Of a stretch of 64,000 bases of DNA, positions 28,490 through 44,009 are shown piece after piece. The first letter of the stretch is position 1, and every line of letters starts with the position of its first letter. Under the pieces are notes generated by a model, which worked only from the letters and a program-made list of their open reading frames with translations, did no database searches and was not told where the DNA came from. Source of the stretch: Octopus vulgaris (Eukaryota); the NCBI GenBank assembly GCA_951406725.2, contig OX597818.1, positions 64,046,001-64,110,000 on the forward strand. The letters run 5' to 3'. Position numbers and translations under genes: made by a program.

Positions 28490-29534
28490 ATATATATATA
28501 TATATATTTATATGCATGTATGTATATATATATATATATATATGTATGCTTATATATATATATATCTATCTATATATATATATGTGTGTGTGTGAGTGTG
28601 TGAGAGAGAGAGAGAGAGAGAGTGTGTGTGTGTGAGTGTTTCGCAAACAAGGAGCAATGGTATAATGTTTCTGAAATGCAGTGAACCCAGCCTTCGACGA
28701 ACTTTGTATTTTGTGTTGAAACTTGTAACATGTTTTACGGCACATAGTGAAAACAGTTCAGCTCCGAAGAAAACGAGTTGTGATAATAAGCTGCTTTTGT
28801 CATTGTATTCACCGTCTAAAATACAGGCCGAAGTCAGATATTTTGCTTTAATTTGCGGGGTCGATCTTGAAAAATGCTAATTAAATAACAAATCAATTTT
28901 TCTCGCTTACATTTTCACAGAAATTCTGTAATTTTTTGCCAACTTCAGAAATCAATATGCTGCATATTAATAAAACTAGGCATGCTTTTATATTTTCTTA
29001 TTACAAATAACCAATACATCTTTTTATTTATGATGAAGGTTAGAAAGTGCACACATTATCAGCTTTTATTAATGGTGAATAACGAAATCAGTATTCTGGT
29101 CAAAATTGTATTTATGACTAATTTATTCATATTTGTGGTAAAAGATCGATATGTAAATTATAGGAATATATTATAGAATATATAGTTTCGCGCACCTGTT
29201 TGCTAATATGGAAATATGATAAATTACACCAAAGTTGACTGATAATTTTTTTTTTTTTTTTAAATATTCATTTACTGTTTATTCGTTGCTTATAATACGA
29301 TTGCTTTCTCTTCAATTAATAGCAACATTATTTCAGAACCCATGGATATTTCATAGTTGTTCTGGAAACTAAAATCTGTCCGGACAATTTTGCACGTCAT
29401 AAAAAGTTTTACTTCGGACTCTTCATATTTCTATTGTATAGCTTAAAATTCTACATCGATAGTGTTAAATGAGTGATTTTTCAATATAAAAAATACCTGA
29501 GTGCCATATATTCCAGTTATATCGTATTTAGAGT

Positions 29535-29788
29535 GGAGGTGCAATGGCCCAGTGGTTAGCACAGCGGACTCGCGGTCGTAGGATCGCGGTTTCGATTCCT
29601 AGACCGGACGTTGTGGTTCCGGCAGAGAGCTTTGGCGATCCCTGCTGTACACTTTCACCACAGACTTCTCTCACTCTTTCATCTGTTGGCCTGTTCACTT
29701 AGCCAGCGGGGTGGCGTCATTTGAAGGCTAAAACAATGCGAAGCGCATGGTGACCAGCGATATGTAGCAACATCTGATAGCCTGATAG
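29535..29788 (+). mobile_element. tRNA-derived SINE family D (internally deleted)
   Basis: TGGCCCAGTGGTTAG (A box) and GTTTCGATTCC (B box). Head related to the SINE at 54292-54576. Confidence 0.75.
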
Positions 29789-29932
29789 TATGTTTGTATT
29801 TATTGCTGTTTCCGCTGTTTATCAAGAAGTAAACCTATTTAAACTAGCATCGTAATGAAAGTTATAGTTTATTCGTGTTATTTTGCTGCTAGTGTAAAAG
29901 TAACAATTATGTGTAATGCATCCATCCTTATT

Positions 29933-31153
29933 TGGGATGAAATACAGGTATTTCTACAATTTGAGAGGTAATTTTTAGCTTTATGGTACTTTGTTACTCT
30001 TGCTAATCCACTGATATTATAAACGATACTATCGACCATATGGCTATATTGAAATCATCCTCTGAGAACGAATATATTAACCCTCCCGTTGGGGAGTACA
30101 TTCTCAAAAACATGCATATTTGTATGGCTAACAATTTTGCTTTATCACGCAGTACTTGGTCCCGTCCGACTATGTAGGCTGTTCAGCAAATATCTGCTAC
30201 TACATAGCCTCGGATGATTAATGCTGGAATCAATATGAAATCCCATCACCTCTGTGTTTTAAATAAAATGAGACGACAAAGCCAAGGCAGTCTTAGAGCT
30301 GTTTCGGCATATAAAAGATATCGCATCATCAGTGATGATAAGAAAGTTTTAGAAACAAACAGTAGAGTTCAACATAAGAAAATATTTTGAAAATGGATAG
30401 ATATAGTAAGTATAAAGGGAGATGTGAGAAGGAAAATATATGTTGGATGTTACAGTTGTAGTTACATTATCCAATGAATGTGCTGTGCAGAATGTGTAAA
30501 GAAGCTTCTTGTCCATGGTATGTAAATTCTGATCTCATATTTTGTTATCACAAATAGATAGTGTTCAGATATTAATTCCATGTGCTGTTCAATCAAATGG
30601 ATCTTGTCGTGTAAATGAGATTTGGTGAATATACCGGTAGGGTGAAGTAGATCGGGAGAAGAGAATAGATAAGTATGTTAAGAATGAAGAAAAATTATAT
30701 TTGTCAAAAGGTTTGGGATAGAAATAAATAAATAAATAAATAAAAAGGAAATAAAAAATGGAGTGCTTGATGGTGGTCAAGATATTGTGAGGGGTGGGTA
30801 GAGGAGATAAAAGGAATAGGAAAAGGGATACAAAGAAGAGATAAGAATGTGTGAGAGGTGGGAAGAGGGGTTGATATGTTTGAAGGCTCTAATGTGGATA
30901 GAAAGTTAAACAAAATGTGATGCGGATGTGAGTGTAAAGAAAAGCTTAGCATTCGTAAAAAATTCCCAGAAATGTAAAAATTATCAATTAATAATTAAGG
31001 GTACAAATAGGCAGTACCAGCATGCTAACATACCAGTGAAAATGACTACTATGGGATGAAATACAGGTATCTCTACAATTTCAGAGGTAATTTTTAACTT
31101 TATGGTACTTTTTTACGCTTGCTAATCCACTGATATTATAAACGATACTATCT
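29933..31153 (-). mobile_element. Old PLE-like element with about 100-bp terminal direct repeats (partial tandem pseudo-LTR)
   Basis: 29933-30033 repeats at 31052-31153. Minus frame YRYIHQISF resembles YRYIDDIF. Decayed hammerhead at 30291-30343 (CTGATGA..GAAA-CAGC-TC-TAAGA). Confidence 0.55.
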
Positions 31154-31234
31154 ACATACACGCATGCACGCACGCTCACACGCAAACACACACACATATA
31201 TATATGTATGTGCGCATATATATATATATGTATG

Positions 31235-31277
<43 letters not shown>

Positions 31278-32212
31278 GTGTGTGTTTTTGTATATATATT
31301 TATGCTTGAGTGTTTATTCATATTTGTATATGTACATACATAAGCCCATACACGCACAATCACAGATATATATGTTTCAAAGTTAATATGTGCTTATATT
31401 TGTGTCACTTAATGGGATGAATCCCTTGGAATCGATGGCCCAACATGTCAACCGGCTGATAGTCAGCGAAGGTGAATATACTTCGCGTTCAATAAAGAGT
31501 CTACAAAGAACGACTGCGTTGGATCTCTATCGAACATTAGTAAATTTATAATTGTAGCAAAATTACTAATTTACTGGTCATAAATATACATAATTTACTG
31601 GAAATTTCACCCTCTGCATTCATCGGTCGAATATAAGTTTTAATTTTGAATGCATACAGAAATTTAATGAACACTGAATTTTCTTAAATACTACTTAAGT
31701 TTCGGCACAGTTCCTGAAGTGCATTCATGGTAATGAATGTAATTTATATTTGAGAATATAATATTACCATATTTTTAAATGTTTTTGATATTTACTTAAA
31801 TAAATCTATCGAATATCTGAAATTCTTCTGACATTCCTTTTATCCATTTAATTGTTCCTCATACTCATTGCAATATATTTTCACATAAACGTACAAGCTG
31901 TTTGTCTGCAGAAATAACTCAAAGTTATTAATCAATTCTCAATGAAAGTATTATTTCAAAAGAACCGTTGGAAATATGAGAGACAATTATGATATGACGT
32001 ATTCTTCAAAATTATGGAAGTTAAATTCATATCAGTTTGAGGGATATTAAAATGGCAGTTTATTGTGATTTCTTTTAAAATTATCGAATGTATTTCATCA
32101 TTTAATTAAATAAGTACTTTAATCCACAAAGAACTTTATGCAGTTTTGTCATTCACTTAACAATATGCGCAAATCACTTTAGATTTGAAACGCAGTTATA
32201 ACATTTATATAT

Positions 32213-32315
<103 letters not shown>

Positions 32316-32453
32316 TATAAATATATATATATATATATATTTATACATATATATGCATGCATGTATATATGTAAATATGTATATATATGTATATATATAT
32401 ATATATTTATACATATATATGCATCCAGGTTTATGTGTATATATGTATACACA

Positions 32454-32504
<51 letters not shown>

Positions 32505-33528
32505 GACATATACACGTCCTTTGTCATCGCATTTCGGTTATATATTTTATTAATCTGAATTGAGTTTATATAGTGCATTGCAGCTATAAATTACAACGAT
32601 CACATTTGAATAATTACACGCTTCTGTGTCATACAACAAAATATTTCCAGTTGTCTATGAGTATCAATTATCATCAATTTGATAAAAGCTATTTCTGAAA
32701 ATTAATTCCAGTCCTACATCATTTAATGCATAAAAATGATAGCAGCTGCTAATTTGAATATGTTTCCCGTATAATATTTTGCATTCATTTAATTTCATAG
32801 GAAGCAGCGGTGTGCGCTGATAACGAGAATATTGTTGCAAAGCAAACTTAGATAAAGAAGCTGGGAAAATAAGTTTCAACCTGATAAACTCCTAACATGT
32901 TGAAAGTATTGTCACTGGAATATTTATGAAATGTTTATGGGGAACAAGTTGTACACATGAATTTATTGGAAATTCTTATCATACTTAAACAACCTTATCA
33001 TTATAAATGATATCAATACGTTTATACCATAATTTGGATAATTTGGCGTTCTGTTAATTATTCAAATATATTGCTGTTAATTATAGCCATTGCAGTACAA
33101 TATCAGATATAAAACTCTCATTCATAAATGAAGTCTAGCTTGATAAATATGCGAAGTATTAACCATTATCTACGAGACAAAACTAATACGATGAAATGTA
33201 TCAATCCCAACACACGCACTCACACACATACAGAGAGGCAGGCAAGCACGCACACACACACATTCAGAAACACGCATATACATACATACACATAATTAAC
33301 CATTTATTGTATTTCTAATTCTATTTATTATATTGTTGTATATTCAATAGGGTTAGAGATTATTAAATGGTATTTGTTCAGACGCAATATTGTGGCGAAC
33401 GAACAGACGGTATAGCATGTGTCTTTATATGATCTATGACAAATGTGTGGCATATAAATAAATTGCTATGTATATGTATATAATTGTGTATATATTGTGA
33501 ATCTATGTAAATGTATATATTTGTAAAT

Positions 33529-33861
33529 AGGAGTGGCTGTGTGGTAAGTAGCTTGCTAACCAACCACATGGTTCCGGGTTCAGTCCCACTGCGTGGCATC
33601 TTGGGCAAGTGTCTTCTGCTATAGCCCCGGGCCGACCAATGCCTTGTGAGTGGATTTGGTAGACGGAAACTGAAAGAAGCCAGTCGTATATATGTATATA
33701 TATATATATGTGTGTGTGTTTGTGTGTCTGTGTTTGTCTCCCTAGCATTATTTGACAACCGATGCTGGTGTGTTTGCGGGGTCGATTTGCTCGACTGAGG
33801 GCGGTGCTCCAGCATGGCCGCAGTCGGATGACTGAAACAAGTAAAAGAGTAAAAAAAAGAG
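33529..33861 (+). mobile_element. SINE family A (internal deletion)
   Basis: TGGCTGTGTGGTAAG / GGGTTCAGTCCC tRNA-like head, CTTGGGCAAGT CORE-like motif, internal (TA)(TG) tract, AAAAGAGT tail. Confidence 0.9.
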
Positions 33862-33931
<70 letters not shown>

Positions 33932-33957
33932 ATGTGTGTGTTTGTGTGTGTATTATT

Positions 33958-34165
33958 TTATTCTTTCAGTCATTTGACTGCAGCCATTGTGAAGTAACGC
34001 CTTTAGTCGAGCAAATCTACCCCAGGACGTACTCTGCTTTGTCAGGCGATGTTGCGAGGAGAAACACAAGCACATAACACACGACGGGCCTCTTTCAGTA
34101 GGATTGAAACCAGAATCAGTTGGTGGGCAAGGAAGCTTATTACCACACAGCCAGACCTGCGTCTA
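33958..34165 (-). mobile_element. Degenerate SINE family A, tail-to-tail with the previous copy
   Basis: TTTCAGTCATTTGACTGCAGCC...AAGCTTATTACCACACAGCCA. Confidence 0.7.
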
Positions 34166-34169
34166 TTAG

Positions 34170-34226
<57 letters not shown>

Positions 34227-34307
34227 TTATATATTACTTCTGTATCTATCTATCTATATATACTATATATATATATAGATGGATAGATACATAGATGGAT
34301 ATATACA

Positions 34308-34423
<116 letters not shown>

Positions 34424-35311
34424 TTATTTATTTTGAGCAAGTTTCAGCTCATTAACTGTGGCCATCCTGGGGCACCGCCATTTGGAGTCGCTACATAATT
34501 TTATTTCACTTATTCTTTGAGACCTTGAAACTCTCCAGTTCCACCATGTTCAAGTATTTTTTTTAACTCTCGATGTCAATGTTTCGGACAATTCCCTCCA
34601 AGATCATCCAGATGTATATTATGGCATATCTTTCTCACTTACCCTCTGCAGTGTCTATCAATAATCAGGTGTTTCCTCAATCTTAGTACAGATTTATCCA
34701 CCCTCATGCTGGAGATTTATTTGCTTAGCTAGCTATTCTTGTTGGTAAACTGTAAGTTGTATATAGTCATGTTATCAATATTTCCATTTCGAGATGAGAT
34801 GAAATATTTAGCATGAGTTGAGTAATAAAACTAGTTTATAAACTATCTCTGCTTTGTCATCTATACAAGTGTGCAAACAAACTAACCACATAACTACCAT
34901 CCACGCACGCACACACGCACGCACACACATGAACATATATATATAAGTATATTACATACATATGTATGTATATATATACATATACATATATATGAATATA
35001 TATGTATGTATATATACATACTTTCATACATGTATACATATACGCACATATACACATACATATATACACATATACACATATATATACACACGTGTTCGTT
35101 AAAATGAAGTTGGCATAATTTATATTTTGCTTCTTTTAAGTGTTGTAAAATTGTCATTCTGTCCAAATGACATCTCTAACATAAATGCACGTGATCAAAA
35201 GCGAAATATTGAAAATTGATTGATTCCCGATTCCCTCTAAATAAATGCTTCGTTATTACTAGTAATAATAATATTTTGCGGCTAAATTATAATAACGATA
35301 TGTTATAATAT

Positions 35312-35411
35312 NNNNNNNNNNNNNNNNNNNNNNNNNNNNNNNNNNNNNNNNNNNNNNNNNNNNNNNNNNNNNNNNNNNNNNNNNNNNNNNNNNNNNNNNN
35401 NNNNNNNNNNN
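35312..35411. other. Assembly gap
   Basis: 100 N characters. Confidence 1.
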
Positions 35412-36711
35412 ATGTAATATATAAATTAGAGAAAAACCACTATTATACTCTGTAATATTATGTATATATATATATATATAAAGAGAGAGAGAGTACGAGT
35501 GATCATGTGTGTGAATGCGGATGTCATAGTTCCAATACAATTATGAAATGCTGACACACACTTATAAAGAATAAATTTATTTCGTATTGTTTTCATAGAC
35601 GCTGCATTAAAATCTACAGCCTAACTTCTGTGCTTTTCAACGCGATCTGATCAACACGTTTCGTTTAATAGCTTTATGAGAAGCAGGTATAATGCCGAGC
35701 TAAAGACTCTTACCAAAATCACATTATCATGTCTTCAATTTAGGATTTCCTTTCAATTACAGATTTTGTTACACAACAACAACATTTAAAACTTACAGAT
35801 GCTGTATTTTTATCCGCCGCCTACTTTACGAAACAATAAATTCTATAACAAACACAGAGCAACTAGTAATCTTCTTGTTCACTTTACAAATATCTTACAA
35901 TACATAGCATTAATAAGAAAAGTTTATAATTTTTTAAGCATAGCTGTTAAAAATACTGCTTAATATTAAAATTCTTTTAGTTCTATTTTTAGCAAACTTA
36001 TTAGAAATATATTTCATTTTCTTTCCACCTGTTTCCCATCTTTATTTTTAATATTCTTTCAAATGTGTCCACCGTGTACAGGCTTAAGTGCCTTTAGTCT
36101 CTAATTTACTTCAAGTCTGTTCGTGCGTTCTGAAAATACGCTTACGATTCATTATGATAGCAACACTTTGCACAAAATATTTTAAACTTTCTTTTTCTTT
36201 ACGCTGTGTTAATATAGATCGATATCCAGAAATGTGTATTGAAAGAAAACAGTCTTGATGCTACCGAAATATAAAATAATTTAAGGATTTAAAGACGATA
36301 CATAATATGATTATATTTATTTTCATATCACAATAAAATCACATTTCTTCTTTAAGACAGAAATAGAATGTTACGATTCGGGTTCCTGTCATGAAAACTC
36401 TATTAAGAGTATCGGAAAATAAAAGAAATTCGTTGGGATGAATATCAATAAAAACACAAAAATGGCTTTTGTCACATGCAAACAGTCAACTGTTTCGTAA
36501 TCTTGGTTTTAATATATATATGTTTGGTAGCGTTCCGTGCTTCACAGATATTTTGTCAGATACATCGATGCAAACATACACGCATACAGATTTACTGCAT
36601 GCACACTCAGTTACACACACAAACACACTCATTCATATATAAGTATACAAATCTGTACAAACATATACATAAATATGCATACGTACGTGCATATATATGT
36701 ATATATAAATA

Positions 36712-36756
<45 letters not shown>

Positions 36757-39319
36757 TATTTATATATATACATGCGCACACACGCGGCGGATATTCATAT
36801 ATATATATATATATGTATGTATATATCCTCGGGCACGCACATACATACATACATACATACATACACACACCGAGAGACACGTATATCATACAAGAAAAAG
36901 AGAGTGAAAAGAGAAAGCAAACGTTCGATGAATTTATCAAATTTTTTCTGCCATTTTTTAGCATATTTGTATCATATGCAACCAAAAAGGTGTGTAACGG
37001 GGGTTCACGGTTAGAATGTTCTTAGTAGGCATTCTACTTTGAACGGTACTTAACCAGACCAATACGCTCAGGTATGCCCAGGCAAAAACAAATGTTTCAA
37101 GTTGCTGAAAAATTATCATTATACGAAATATTACAAACTATGTAATATGGCCTGTTTATGAACCATTTTCCACCCCCACCTCCCCACACAAAAGGAAATG
37201 AGTATCATTTTCAAGTTATGTGCACTTCGACGTCACGTTCTTAGCGAGATGCTTACGCCTTTTCATGACGGCATTCATAAAAGGATACTTCACGAAAATA
37301 TATCGTTTTGTATTATATATGAACGTTTACATCATATGTGATGCATCGTCTAATGTAATGAGTAAGGAAAGACGATTCTTAATATTCGTATTAGTTTATT
37401 AAAACTAAATTAATGTGAATATTTCATTCGGACATTGATTACGGACGGAGTGGAAATTGTGTTGTGTTACATATTTCGTTTTACCAAAAATGTGACTTTT
37501 AAAAATACATATATCTCTCACCACCAGAGAGTGTCGGTTGCGTATAGAACACAGAAACTATAGGAAAGATTTACAATGAATTATTGCTAGCTTCTGTTTT
37601 TTTGTGTAATATGAAACTTGCAACGCATCATAATCTAAAATATGCTATCTAAATGATATTGTTTTGTAATATGGGGTTATAAGCTAAGAATTCCATGAAA
37701 TATCGATATCTAGATTTACAATAATAATATTCATTGCGATTCCATGTGTGCATATATCATTGATTTAATTACGCAGTCTATAGCGTTATGTTGCGTAATT
37801 ACTAGAAGGTTGTTGCAGTCATATGACCCCTAACGAGTATTTGATTGGATATCAAATCACAGACATTGGATTCATTCTGAGAAAAGTCCTACGTAACTGG
37901 ACTTTTCTCAGACTCTTCTTTTCTTCTGAAGACTGGATTCATTATGTTTTATATGCAGTATTTTTGTTACGTAACGTTTTCAGTGCTTACTGATTGCAAA
38001 TATACATGTCTGTGAAAACTCACCATTCAGTTTCGTACAGGTTGCATGTAATATTTATCCATTTTAAATTAGAAGGTGATTCCTGTGAAACTTGTGTAAC
38101 AACTGCAATTTCAATTTTGTGTAAAACATGTAAAGATACAAAGAAATGTGCGAAATATTAAGAAAACGAGGAAGAAGCAATATAATATATTGTAAGAAGA
38201 ATTTTGTCGACGTAGGTGATGCCAATATACATAGTCATACAATCCTTAATATCACCTTCACATATTTGCTTGGGTGTTGCAGAAAAGATAGAACCTAATT
38301 GGTATGTTTAACTATTACGTGAGATTTTCCTTCTTCAGGCAAAGAGTACATATCAATTGTTTGTTGCGAAGTTGTTATTTGTTATGGGAGCAAGTTATAT
38401 AGCGAAGGCTAAAGATGTTCGATAATGGTTAAATAATGGATGGACAATGATTTAGGATTTATTGTATTAGATCCAGAATAATAGCTAGCAGGTCATTAAT
38501 GATGAAAACAGTGACAGTTAGAAATAAGGAGTGTGTGACATCTGGTTTGACAGATTACCGCTGCTGTGAATTAGAAACAGGTTTTCAAAGGAGAATTCCT
38601 TTGAAATTGTTCCCTGCGAAAATTATGTAGATTGAATATACCTTTTGTACAAAGATAAAGATGGATAATGTCAGTGTATTTGCTTCGGTGTCAAATGTGT
38701 GAGGGAATTATATATCGCTTCACAGATCAATTACTTCAGGTCTTTCACATGAGAAGGAATGTAAATGAGACGAAGCGGGTACATGTCTGATGTTTAAGAA
38801 AATTGCTGCGTTGGATAAAATAAAGTAAAAACAAAAGTCTTTTGAACATTTGAAACGTCTGCGCGCGCACAAAAACACACACAAACATACACACTCATAG
38901 ACACATCACACGCACACATAGATGCACGCGCTCTGACACACGGACACTCCAATGCACACACAAACATACATATATGCAAGTATGTATAGACATACACATC
39001 TATGCATACAATATATGTGTATATACGAGTGTGTATATGTACAAGCATTTCGAATTCGTTTAGCAATTGTTGGATGTTAAATTCAACCATTTTTCTTTTC
39101 ATAAATGTATTGTAGCTTGAATCGAATTCACTTGCCTCCATTACATTTCTGTTAGTTAAGTACTAAAGGAACCCCCAAGACTATATTTAATATTAAAAAC
39201 ATATTTCTCATATTAGGGAGCTTCTTATAAAATCCATGATCTTAAATTTGCATCGCTCTCTACACATCAGGAAAGTTTATTTGAAATTCAATAATGCAAG
39301 TAGATACGAATTTATTTAG

Positions 39320-39470
39320 GTGCAGGCGTGGCGTATTCGTACAACGCTTGTATGCGAACCAGCTGGCCTTCGGTTAAGTCCCATTGCATGATACTTTGGA
39401 CAAGTGTCTTCTACTTTAGCCCCGGGTTGATCAAAGCTTTGTGTGTGGATGTGGTGGAAAAAAGACTGAA
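39320..39470 (+). mobile_element. Degenerate SINE family A 5' part
   Basis: GGTTAAGTCCCATTGCATGATACTTTGGACAAGTGTCTTCTACT. Confidence 0.65.
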
Positions 39471-42400
39471 TATATGTAGCTTACTGTTGCGTTAAAGTAA
39501 GATCAACACATTTCATCCAGTGAGAGATAAACAATATTTAACGTACACTGTAGATCATATATTAATATGGCGTACCTGAAATGATATGGGTGTGTTTGTG
39601 AGAATGTGCATATGTGTGGGTGTGGGTGTGTTTGTGTGCGTGTGTGTGTATGTGTGTGTGTGTGTCAGTGTCATTCTGTGTGTCCATGTGCCTATGATTT
39701 TTTTTTCCCGCCACCACTTAATATTTCTTTAAGTTCCACGTAATATAAGCGTTAAGGAATGATTTTTCCGTCTGAATCTTTTAAGGCCGCAGACCAAATA
39801 ATGAAATATGTTAGAGATTAAATAATTAACTCTTTCAAATATACACACAGGGAAGATTTTGGATGGCTAATAATACCTAGATGATGAAAATATATTACAA
39901 GTTCATTAATCTGATCTAGAGTCCGTAAAAGTGTATAACATATTTACGAATAAAGTCAGAACTTATATCATTCCCATTATTATATTTAACTAAGATCTGT
40001 TTAATAACAAATTTATTATCAATAAATAATAAAAGTAAACATCCAATGCCTAAAATTCTCCATAACCTTATACGTTACTGTTATTTTTGTTTTTGTTGCT
40101 TTCTCTTTTGTTTAATTCTATAAATATATCTTCTGCGTAGTAGATTTTGAAGAATAGTGTATTTTTGTCTAGAGCATATAAAATATGCTAAATATAAATT
40201 TACATATAAAATATAATATTGCATAGTAATAAACTAAACCATTTAGTATTATACATATATATATATATGTATGTATGTGTGTGTGTGTGTGTCTATCTGC
40301 TCGGGTGTACGTATATACATATCAATTGTTTGCAGTCAATCGTCGCGACTGTAACTGCTCATGGCTTAATAAGCTTTCCCATACTGGTCAAAGTGGTTGC
40401 ATGTATATTCGAAATATAAGAAGAAAACCCCAATGATATCGATTCTTTAAAAGATTTAGATTCTCACATCTGTATGAATGGAAATACAAACGAATTCAAT
40501 TTGAAAGTATAATTACAATCAATATGATATCAGCATAACAAAATGTCGTATTAACTGCCGTCCTTACATATACAAATGTGTATAGGTTGTATAAACTCAT
40601 ATTCATGAGAAATACGTCACCTTCAATTAATCAGTTCTCATAATCTCCGTTTGAATTTGCTACTTCGGTAACGCTTCTCTGTCTTTTGCTCTATATCAGT
40701 AATTCTTTATCATCTCCACCTGCAGTAACATGTTCCGACTATCATTGGAGATTATTCTATTCAATACCAACAATTGTAGTAATACATTTATATTAATCAT
40801 ACATAAATGTATGCGTGTGTGTTTGTGTTTGTGTTTGTTTGTTTGAGAGATAAAGAGTTTGCTTTCGATGCGTTCGGTCATATTATGTGAAAAGGAAAAT
40901 CTGAGGAGTACACACTACACTTCACTACTCTGGGTGTAACAGTTGGTAACTGGCGTAGACTACCAACGCGTAAAGTTTTTTGACTTTGTACAAGAAGGGT
41001 GATGTCATTTCCCACCTACAAGATTTTGACAACGCAGCATTAGTTCCGGATGGAGAAAATATAGTCGGTTACATTTTGAAAACACCTCGAATGCTTACTT
41101 GTTCCTGTTTTCTTACAGTCAGAGCTTATTTCTTTACTCTCCTGTAAACTATCCGTTCGGTAAAATGACTCTATTCCAACCTTCACAAAGATATTTACTA
41201 GGGTTAGTTCGTTCCACTACAGCATTTGATAGCGTCTCCCATCACAGCATGGCCGCTGCACTCTGAGTGAAACAAGTAAATTATTTTGCAGCCGAACTGT
41301 TAAAACAGATTTTATCCCCTGCTAAATTATTGTTTATATGATTACAAATATGTGTTATCCTTTCTCCTATACTTGTTTCAGTCACTGGATGGCGGCCATG
41401 CTAAAAGCGGTTTTACTTAATTTCCTAATTCTTTTTATTTTGTTTGAACGAAGTATGGTTTAAGAGTCGATGATGTCTATGCAAACTAAAATGAAAAATG
41501 TAAACAACGAAACAAGAAACACAGCTCAACTATCAAAGCAGAAATATGAAAGGCACTACGGATCACAAATTAGTTCATCAAGACAGAATAAATAGTTATG
41601 TTGTCAATATACTCCATTAATTGTTTTTATTTGATAAATAATTGCGATATATTTCAAAAGCAATAGTTTATTAAAATATTACTAAGTACTATGGAATAAA
41701 TCATACTTGTCTATATTTAATAATTGACATCTATATTGCCCTTTAGTAAAAGAAATGTATCAAAAGTGAAAGAAAAATGTTCTTATAACAAAATTAAATA
41801 TCAATTTAAGTAAATGGTTATTAGCTCAAGAATAATTCCCAGAGAATTGTAATATATTCTAAACGTATTAAGTATTGGTTTGTGCTCTTTAAATGATATA
41901 ACTATAGAAATAAAGGTATATACTCTTATCTAACCGATTTATGTCAGGTGATTGAGAAACTTTGAAACAACGGAGAAGAATCTTAATTTCTAATGTTCTG
42001 ATAATTCAATTCTTTGGAAATGTAATTTAGTAAATACTAATTACGTATACAGAAAACGCACACACAGACACACAGACACACATATGCACACACACATATA
42101 GTTGATATTTACAGAAAACAAAAAAAAAAACGAGGACAGGTGTATAAACAAGAAGCGGGTGTATTAGCTTGATGCTCGGTAGGATGAGGAAGTGTTTCCC
42201 GTTTCGAGTCTATGATTTTCGATAGAAAGGACTCTTCCAAGACTTTGTCTAACACTATGCTCGAAAAAATTCAACGATATTCTCAGCTGTTCAGCCACCC
42301 AACTAGGTAAACGATGCTATATACTCTGCAAACACGATTTATGTATACAACACTCGATGTACATATCACGCTGTGTAATAATCGAAATAATGCATAGAGT

Positions 42401-43055
42401 GTGGTTTTTGTTTTGTTTCTGTTTTCCCCATGATATCCCATCGTATATACTGCAGTTCTGTAGACATCTGGAGAGACAGAATTAATGATTTATCAGGTGT
42501 TGACAAGAAAAGTCATCGAATAAAACCTTTTGGTTCCTGATTTTCAAACAATAAATTATATACAAAAATTGTTGTGGATGGAGAAGAAGACAGGTAAGGA
42601 TATCTTGGACAAAAGTTGGTACAAAGAACATACATCTACCATTGACGAAAAATTCCTCTCTCTTCAATTAAATCCGTCATTTTTGCACCAAATATAAAAA
42701 TCTGGATGATAGGATTAAGTGTCTGACGCTGGGCCTGGCTAAATTTATGTGTATACAAGATATACAAACCTACACTCACAGAGAAGCACTCATACTCATG
42801 TATATATAATATATATATTGTATACATTATATATTTATGCATAAATGTATGTGAGCATACAGGCATATATACGTATGTTTATATAAATATATATGCATCT
42901 CTATAGTTATATGAAAACGGGACTAATATGTTTTTATATATACACATATATATACATATATATATATATATACATGTACATATATACATATATGCATGCA
43001 TTCATGTTTACTGAGATTATGCATATATACATTTGTATACATATACCTATACACA

Positions 43056-43100
<45 letters not shown>

Positions 43101-43139
43101 ATGTATTTATATAGATGTGTATATATCTATCTATCTATA

Positions 43140-43171
<32 letters not shown>

Positions 43172-43587
43172 CATATATATACATATATACATACATATAT
43201 ACATACACATATATATATATATATACATATGCGTAACGATATGTAAATTTATCTTTCATCATTATAAATTTTAATTGCCTTTAAACGTAAATTGGAGACT
43301 GATAACTGGTTTCGCAAAGCAGCTTACGTAGTTATTTATGATCATTGCGTATCTTTTCACTAAATCATTGTTAGTATTACTGGAAAGTCTATTACTGTAA
43401 TAATGGCCAGACGTGTGATTAACAGCGTTTACAAATCATTTTGTACGTAATCGATGGACATTACATGAAAATTTGGAGAGATTTAGACTTGTAGAAATAG
43501 GAAATTCAATGCAATTAATTATAAGATACACAACATATAATGTGCCGAGTTCATCACGTGATTTTCATTCAACAACGGATTACTTTC

Positions 43588-43656
<69 letters not shown>

Positions 43657-43670
43657 TAATGATAATGATG

Positions 43671-43749
<79 letters not shown>

Positions 43750-43763
43750 TAATGATAATGATG

Positions 43764-43836
<73 letters not shown>
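43588..43836. repeat. (TAA)n microsatellite with higher-order duplication
   Basis: The interruption CAATAATGATAATGATGA occurs twice (about 43654 and 43747). Confidence 0.95.
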
Positions 43837-43837
<1 letters not shown>

Positions 43838-43842
<5 letters not shown>

Positions 43843-43963
43843 TTACGCAAAACACTTTCAATACAGTAACCATCAGAGCATCACAACAAATCACAGCACA
43901 TATCCAAGGCACACAGAGCTGCGCTCGGTAGTGAAGTGAAAGCACGCTATAAAAATAAAACTA

Positions 43964-43966
<3 letters not shown>
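43838..43966 (+). mobile_element. Extreme 3' fragment of a second R4/Dong-like family
   Basis: Encodes KLRKTLSIQ* (the neighbouring full ORF ends ILRKTLSM*), followed by a short 3' UTR. (TAA)n on both sides. Confidence 0.8.
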
Positions 43967-44009
<43 letters not shown>

